Of a stretch of DNA of 62,524 nt, positions 57,274 through 62,524 are shown piece after piece. How positions within the stretch are numbered: position 1 is the first letter of the stretch; every line of letters starts with the position of its first letter. The DNA lies in assembly GCF_041613455.1 (NCBI RefSeq), contig NZ_JBFJHD010000001.1:1-62524 (forward strand), given 5' to 3'. The notes beneath the pieces were generated by a model. That model did no database searches and was not told the DNA's origin. It saw only the letters and a list, made by a program, of their open reading frames with translations. The stretch comes from Pseudoalteromonas sp. Lineage in GTDB: Bacteria; Pseudomonadota; Gammaproteobacteria; Enterobacterales; Alteromonadaceae. Position numbers and translations under genes: made by a program.

Positions 57274-57930
57274 CTAAAAGTGGTATTTAACCGCAAACAT
57301 GGCCACAACAGGATCAATTTTTACGCTAGATGTTAATGCTTGTGCACCATCAGCGTACACAGTGGAATCCGTTTCAATATCCATTACCGACACCATAGCG
57401 TGTAGCCCCCACTTTTCTGCTATTTTATAGTTAGCACCCAGTTGCGCGACAAAGCCAAACGAATCTTCTAATTTAACTTCTACATCCGCTGTGCCAAGTA
57501 CTGTTTTAAGTGCCTGAGAAGGTTGCTCATCAAAGAAAGTGGTATAGTTAACACCGACACCAATAAAAGGACGGAATGCGGAGCTTGAGTCTAAAAAGTG
57601 ATATTGCGCTACTAGAGAAGGCGGTAAATGCTTAATGTTAGCGATTTTATTCCCCGCTAAACCGCCCGCACCATGAATGTCATGCGAAAACGGCGTGGCG
57701 GCAATGAGCTGTAAAAACCACTGCTGGTTAAATGCATAATCTACGCTAATACCAAGCTGAGTATTGGAGTTCGGGTTTAATCCTAGAGCAGAATTTTCGT
57801 TAATGGCTGAGTGAGTATTATCAGGGTTTACGTTGATAGCGCCGATGTTTACGCTAACGTTAGCTTGTGCAGCCGCAGAGAGGGCTAATAAAGAACTCGT
57901 GAGTAATGCCATGCTTAATTTAGTTTTCAT
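57274..57930 (-). CDS. ompW: Outer membrane protein W
   Basis: NTQLG, IAATPFSHDI, KHLPP, RPFIGVGVNYT.FF, IDP..C-terminal F; start at MKTKL. Confidence 0.93.
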   Translation of the reverse strand: MKTKLSMALLTSSLLALSAAAQANVSVNIGAINVNPDNTHSAINENSALGLNPNSNTQLGISVDYAFNQQWFLQLIAATPFSHDIHGAGGLAGNKIANIKHLPPSLVAQYHFLDSSSAFRPFIGVGVNYTTFFDEQPSQALKTVLGTADVEVKLEDSFGFVAQLGANYKIAEKWGLHAMVSVMDIETDSTVYADGAQALTSSVKIDPVVAMFAVKYHF

Positions 57931-57991
57931 GTGGTGTTCCAAAACGACTGTGTGATTGCTGCTATTATTATTGTTTAGTGCCAATAATCAG

Positions 57992-58055
57992 TTGTTTTAG
58001 ATCAAGGTTTTTCAAATCTGTGCAGCACGACTAACCCTTTATTGATTTAGATTAA
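57992..58055. promoter_or_regulatory. Two FNR/EtrA-like boxes upstream of ompW
   Basis: TTGTT-ttag-ATCAA (57992-58005) and TTGAT-ttag-ATTAA (58042-58055), each one mismatch from TTGAT-N4-ATCAA. Confidence 0.65.
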
Positions 58056-58171
58056 GTGTTTACTATTTAGTGAAACTAAATGCTTGATTTATTAATCTAA
58101 TATTCAGAATAAAATCAGCCACGTTTTGCTACACTCCCCGTTATCTATCCGTTACACATTAAGCAGGTTAA

Positions 58172-59590
58172 ATGAACGCTACCCAGCAGCTATTTCTTCA
58201 TGGTTCCATTTCTAAAGCACTGCTTAAACTAGGCATTCCAATTATTCTGATTAATATTTTGCAATCGGCGTATCAACTGACCGACGCATTTTGGGTAGGG
58301 CGCTTAGGGGCCGCGCAAGTGGCCGCGGTGTCGATTAGTATGCCGGTGACTTTTTTAGTTATTGCCATTGGCGCAGGGTTTGCCATGGCAGGGGCTATTT
58401 TATCGGCGCAATATATGGGGGCTGGGCAGCAAGATAAGGTAAATCATGTTGCCGCGCAAACTATGTTAATGGTAACGCTCACTGCCATTGTATTAGGCGG
58501 CATAGGTTATATGCTTTCGCCTTATTTTTTAACATTGTTAGGGGTTGAGCAGCAAGTGTATGGCGATGCGCTGAAGTTTATGCATGTGTCGTTTATTGGG
58601 GTCATTTTTGTGTTTATTTATGCCATGTTTCAATCACTAATGCGTGGGATTGGCCAAACGAAAGTGCCGTTAATTATTGTCAGTGTGACCGTGCTGCTTA
58701 ACTTTGTACTCGACCCATTATTTATTTTTGGCTATGGCCGCTTTCAAGGCTTAGGTGTGATGGGGGCGGCTTTGGCTACGTTAGTAACACAAAGTTTGGC
58801 GGCACTTGCTGGGGTGATCATCTTTTTACGTGGCCGTCATGGTATTCAATTACAGCTTAAAAGCTTTTACCCCGATTGGCGTTATATAAAGCAAGCCTTT
58901 CTTTTAGGTGCGCCGGGGTCAATCGAATTGTCGGCGCGAGCATTTGGCTTAATTATTATGTCATTTTTAGTGGCCAGCTTTGGTACTCACACCATCGCCT
59001 CTTATGGCGTGGGCTCTAATATTTTACAGATGGTGATGATCCCCGCCATGGGCCTGTCGATGGCCGTGTCAACACTTGTCGGGCAAAATATGGGAGCGGG
59101 CAACCCGCAGCGGGCAGCAGAAATTACTAAACTTGCCATTCTGTGGGGCTTGTTTGGTTTATCGCTGGTGGGTGTATGCGCCTATTATTTTGCTGAGCAT
59201 TTAGTGGCCTTTTTTATTCCCGATGATGCTGCAGTTATTACCAAGGGCGCACAATTTATTCGCATTATGTGTTTAACTTGGGGAGGGATTGGTGTACAAC
59301 TTTGTGTTGTGGCTGCTTTTAGAGCATCAGGCAATATGCTGAATGCGATGTTAGTTGCGCTATTATCACAAGGAATAGTGCAGTTTCCGGCGGCGTATAT
59401 TTTAGCTAAGCATACGCAACTGGGAGACAATGGTATTTGGTATTCGTTTGCCATTACCAATGTTGTTATAGCGCTTATTACTTATGCTTGGTTTGTGCAA
59501 GGATCGTGGCAAAAAACGATTTTAACAAAACAAGACAAAGACATAGCAAAAATTAGCCAAGAAGCGTTTATCGAGGAAGGTAGTCACTAA
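58172..59590 (+). CDS. MATE-family efflux transporter
   Basis: D..WVGRLG, RGIGQT..P, N.VLDPLFIFG..GLGVMGAALAT; two-fold repeat. Confidence 0.93.
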   Translation: MNATQQLFLHGSISKALLKLGIPIILINILQSAYQLTDAFWVGRLGAAQVAAVSISMPVTFLVIAIGAGFAMAGAILSAQYMGAGQQDKVNHVAAQTMLMVTLTAIVLGGIGYMLSPYFLTLLGVEQQVYGDALKFMHVSFIGVIFVFIYAMFQSLMRGIGQTKVPLIIVSVTVLLNFVLDPLFIFGYGRFQGLGVMGAALATLVTQSLAALAGVIIFLRGRHGIQLQLKSFYPDWRYIKQAFLLGAPGSIELSARAFGLIIMSFLVASFGTHTIASYGVGSNILQMVMIPAMGLSMAVSTLVGQNMGAGNPQRAAEITKLAILWGLFGLSLVGVCAYYFAEHLVAFFIPDDAAVITKGAQFIRIMCLTWGGIGVQLCVVAAFRASGNMLNAMLVALLSQGIVQFPAAYILAKHTQLGDNGIWYSFAITNVVIALITYAWFVQGSWQKTILTKQDKDIAKISQEAFIEEGSH

Positions 59591-59638
59591 ATCATGACGA
59601 CAGCTTGCATGTCGTGTTTAATTTTATAAGGAGTCACT

Positions 59639-60559
59639 ATGTCTGTTTTGGTTGCTATCGCAGATCGCGATAATTCTAAATTGGTTGCACAGCTACAAGC
59701 CCGTTTGCCTGATATTGTTATTGAGCAATACTCACAATGTACGGATTTTAGTAATGTTGAGTTTGTATTAGCCTGGTATGCGCCTAAAGAGCTGTGGGCA
59801 AAATTACCTAATTTAAAAGTAGTGTCGTCGTTTGGGGCTGGGGTGGATAGCATTGATTTAGATTTACTCCCCGCGCATGTTGAAGTGGTGCGTATTGTTG
59901 ATACCCAATTAGAAATTGATATGGCGGAGTATGTGCTGACCCATGTATTGGCGCAAAAACTACAATTAAACATGTTTTATCAACAACAAGCTGCAAGGCA
60001 ATGGAAACCAAAACGGGTATTAAGTCATAACCGAGTGGCTATTTTAGGTTTTGGTCAATTAGGCAGAGCTTGTGCACAAAAGCTGATTGCTAATGGCTTT
60101 AACGTAAGTGCGTGGGCACAAAGTCATAAAGATCTGACTGACGTAACCATGTATTATGGTGAAGCAGGGCTTAACGACATGCTGCCAAATAGCGACTATT
60201 TAGTGTGTTTGCTCCCTTTGACGAAACACACCACCGGCATTATCAATAAAGAGCTATTGGCTAAACTTCCTGCCCATGCGGTATTGATTAATGCTGCACG
60301 AGGGCAGCATGTGGTGGAAGCCGATTTATTACACGCCCTTGATAATGACACTTTACGCGCCGCAACCTTAGATGCGTTTGATCAAGAGCCGTTACCTAGC
60401 GATCACCCCTATTGGCAGCATGCTAAAATAACCGTCACACCACATTGTGCTGCGCTGTCAGACGTTAACTGCGTTATTGAACAAATAGAAGTGAGTATTC
60501 AATGCTTAGCTAATGGCACAGCGCTGAAAAACCGTGTCGATAGAACAAAAGGCTATTAA
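59639..60559 (+). CDS. ghrA: Glyoxylate/hydroxypyruvate reductase A-like 2-hydroxyacid dehydrogenase
   Basis: GAGVD, GFGQLG, LLPLT..T, INAARG, LD.F..EPLP..HPYW, TPH. Confidence 0.85.
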   Translation: MSVLVAIADRDNSKLVAQLQARLPDIVIEQYSQCTDFSNVEFVLAWYAPKELWAKLPNLKVVSSFGAGVDSIDLDLLPAHVEVVRIVDTQLEIDMAEYVLTHVLAQKLQLNMFYQQQAARQWKPKRVLSHNRVAILGFGQLGRACAQKLIANGFNVSAWAQSHKDLTDVTMYYGEAGLNDMLPNSDYLVCLLPLTKHTTGIINKELLAKLPAHAVLINAARGQHVVEADLLHALDNDTLRAATLDAFDQEPLPSDHPYWQHAKITVTPHCAALSDVNCVIEQIEVSIQCLANGTALKNRVDRTKGY

Positions 60560-60651
60560 TTAAAATGATTAAAGAAACATCTTGTTAACAGGTGTAATTT
60601 TTATTATTGTATGAAACGTATTCTACTAATAACAATAATATCGAGAATAAC

Positions 60652-60771
60652 ATGAAGTCAAATCAAGGTGGCGCTAAATTAAGTTTAGTCATTATATCTA
60701 TTATCATTTTAGGCGTGTCGGCGTTGTTTAATCAAGCCCATGCCAATGAACTCATCCAACTACTATCGTAA
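60652..60771 (+). CDS. Putative 39-aa signal-peptide-like small protein
   Basis: Not in ORF track; GAGA RBS-like; MKSNQGGAKLSLVIISIIILGVSALFNQAHANELIQLLS. Confidence 0.55.
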   Translation: MKSNQGGAKLSLVIISIIILGVSALFNQAHANELIQLLS

Positions 60772-60777
60772 TGCTTA

Positions 60778-60821
60778 ACCGCCTATGCGCAGTGTTTTCT
60801 ATTGCACTGCGCATAGGCGGT
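60778..60821. terminator. Perfect 17-bp stem hairpin after the sORF
   Basis: accgcctatgcgcagtg-N10-cactgcgcataggcggt followed by gttattt. Confidence 0.75.
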
Positions 60822-61025
60822 GTTATTTGCGCTCAACCCACTGCTGTGCCTAGTGAATAAGTTAACGCGTAAAACGTGTTTGCCCCCGCGTAGTGTCATG
60901 TCCAAAGTGTTCCTTGCTATTTTATTAATATCCTTTCGAGTTAGTCCAGATTGACGATGATAGTTGCTCGGCGTCGGCCTTATGCTGGCTGATAAATTAG
61001 TCAGTAGTATTTTTTGGAGAAAACA

Positions 61026-61811
61026 ATGACGACAGCACCTAAGTACGTAGCAGGGCATAACCTACTGCGTGGAAAATCGGTTTTAGTAACCGCCGCCGCA
61101 GGCGCAGGCATCGGCTTTTCAGCCGCATTACGTGCAGCCGAAGAAGGGTGTCGAGCATTAATGATATCTGACATTCATCCACGCCGTTTAGAAGAAGCGG
61201 TAGCCAATATTAAGCAACAAACAGGGCTACAGCAGGTTTATGGTCAATTATGTGATGTAAGCCAAGAAGAACAAGTTCAGCTGTTGATCAACGCAGCCGA
61301 AGACAAACTCGCCGGTGTTGATGTGCTTATTAATAATGCAGGCCTTGGCGGTCAAACTGCGGTAGTCGAGATGACTGACGAGCAGTGGCATAAGGTGATT
61401 GACATAACCCTTACAGGCACCTTTCGTATGACCCGTGCCATGCTGCCCTTTATGCAACAGCGCAAAGCAGGTGTAATCATTAATAATGCCTCGGTATTGG
61501 GTTGGCGAGCACAAAAAGAGCAAGCACATTATGCCGCTGCTAAAGCGGGCGTGATGGCCTTTACGCGCTGTTCGGCATTAGAAGCTGCAGAGCATGGGGT
61601 AAGAATTAACGCAGTATCGCCATCAATCGCATTACATGAATTTCTTAAAAAAGCGTCCAGTGCCGATGTGCTGGAGAAATTAGCGGCAAAAGAAGCGTTT
61701 GGGCGTGCTGCCGAAGTGTGGGAAATCGCTAATGTGATGATGTTTTTAGCCAGCGATTATTCATCTTACATGACCGGCGAAGTTGTGTCTGTTAGTTCAC
61801 AGCGCGCTTAG
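61026..61811 (+). CDS. SDR oxidoreductase, IpdF/ScdG-like (steroid C/D-ring acyl-CoA dehydrogenase/reductase)
   Basis: Atypical TAAAGAGIG cofactor motif, ISDIH.RRL, NNASVLGWRAQ..QAHYAAAK, EAFGRAAE.WE. Confidence 0.85.
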   Translation: MTTAPKYVAGHNLLRGKSVLVTAAAGAGIGFSAALRAAEEGCRALMISDIHPRRLEEAVANIKQQTGLQQVYGQLCDVSQEEQVQLLINAAEDKLAGVDVLINNAGLGGQTAVVEMTDEQWHKVIDITLTGTFRMTRAMLPFMQQRKAGVIINNASVLGWRAQKEQAHYAAAKAGVMAFTRCSALEAAEHGVRINAVSPSIALHEFLKKASSADVLEKLAAKEAFGRAAEVWEIANVMMFLASDYSSYMTGEVVSVSSQRA

Positions 61812-61819
61812 GAGGCGGT

Positions 61820-62281
61820 ATGGCAAATCAAATAATGACGAGCAAGGCGCAATTACTGGCCGCAACAGGGCTTAATTTGGGCGTGAGTGATTGGATTGCA
61901 GTTGAGCAAAGCCGAATAGATATGTTTGCCGAGGCGACAGGGGATCATCAATGGATCCATGTCGACCCAATAAAAGCAGCACAAGGGCCATTTGGCGCTT
62001 GCATTGCGCATGGTTATTTAACGTTGTCGTTGGTTAATTATTTTTTACCGCAGTTAATTGATGTGCAAAACATTACCATGGGCGTTAATTACGGCTGCGA
62101 TAAAGTGCGCTTTCCAAATGTAGTTAAAGCCGGCAGTAAAGTGCGTGGCAGCGGACAAATAATCAGTGTTGAAGAAATTAAAGGCAGTGTGCAAGTGATC
62201 ACCCGCGTGACGATTGAAGTGGCCGAGCAGCAACGGCCTGCCTGTGTAGTTGACACCATTAGTCGTTATTCGTTTGCTTAA
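61820..62281 (+). CDS. MaoC-family (R)-enoyl-CoA hydratase
   Basis: FAEATGDHQWIHVD, IAHGYLTLS, NYGCDKVRF. Confidence 0.9.
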   Translation: MANQIMTSKAQLLAATGLNLGVSDWIAVEQSRIDMFAEATGDHQWIHVDPIKAAQGPFGACIAHGYLTLSLVNYFLPQLIDVQNITMGVNYGCDKVRFPNVVKAGSKVRGSGQIISVEEIKGSVQVITRVTIEVAEQQRPACVVDTISRYSFA

Positions 62282-62405
62282 AATGACCTGCTAAGCACGA
62301 CTAAAGCATAACAGCTAAATCGTTAACGGTTATGTTACACATAACAATGTTAAATCGCGGGAGTTAATTAATGGGTTGGGGTTTTATCACCTAAGCGAGG
62401 GGTAA

Positions 62406-62524
62406 ATGGTTAATACTGATACGCGTTATATTATTTGGTTACTCGATTTTTTAGCGAGTTTAGGTATGGATAGTGATGCCATTGCCACCCACAATGGTAT
62501 CAGTAGAGATGCGCTGCATAAACC
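62406..62524 (+). CDS. Probable AraC-family regulator N-terminus (partial)
   Basis: GAGGGG RBS; MVNTDTRYIIWLLDFLASLGMDSDAIATHNGISRDALHK resembles OruR-type AraC N-termini; open to window end. Confidence 0.5.
   Translation, partial: MVNTDTRYIIWLLDFLASLGMDSDAIATHNGISRDALHK

Noticed and set aside
60783-61058. 91-aa minus-strand ORF with several Cys
   Set aside because: Overlaps the SDR start and the 17-bp hairpin; no RBS or family motif.
770-61529. Many short ORF-track entries antisense or out of frame to major genes (e.g. 892-1272, 3487-3882, 12456-12896, 46320-46736, 55185-55538, 59587-59973)
   Set aside because: Shadow ORFs of well-supported genes, with no RBS or recognisable motifs.
1-62524. 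CRISPR arrays, IS/integrases, tRNA/rRNA, restriction or known defence systems
   Set aside because: No spaced repeats, transposase or recombinase motifs, or RNA-gene signatures seen by eye; tRNAscan, Infernal and DefenseFinder would confirm.

Overview
A ~62.5 kb AT-rich chromosomal segment, probably from a marine Alteromonadales gammaproteobacterium (gene content suggests Pseudoalteromonas; this is inferred). I saw no rRNA, tRNA, CRISPR array, transposase or prophage. The left part holds LysR regulators, dadA, a TDT transporter, secreted peptidases and hydrolases, and redox/stress genes (osmC, yghU, DJ-1/PfpI). The middle holds a TonB-dependent receptor, a HAD-LigE-yegD run, mgsA, a PA-domain S8 protease, a bactofilin/M23 peptidase pair, hppD/fahA, a 913-aa multidomain metallophosphoesterase lipoprotein and a POT transporter. 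The right part holds a complete divergent type II cellulose cluster (bcsRQABZC / bcsEFG), tyrR/phhR, ompW, MATE, ghrA and an IpdF-like SDR plus MaoC pair that may begin a steroid C/D-ring catabolic locus. Five CDSs missing from the ORF track were read directly from the sequence: a 5'-edge LysR, DUF2986, bcsF, a 39-aa signal-peptide-like sORF and a 3'-edge AraC. The most novel-looking signals are (i) a ~145-nt structured, pseudoknot-capable leader before the TonB receptor that I cannot match to a known riboswitch, (ii) the 39-aa sORF with a 17-bp hairpin, (iii) the ZU5-phosphoesterase-LamG lipoprotein with a perfect 13-bp palindrome over its promoter, (iv) an alphaproteobacterial-style bactofilin-LmdC module, and (v) FadR-type boxes before both uncharacterised hotdog thioesterases. 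All family calls come from motif recognition by eye, not database searches.
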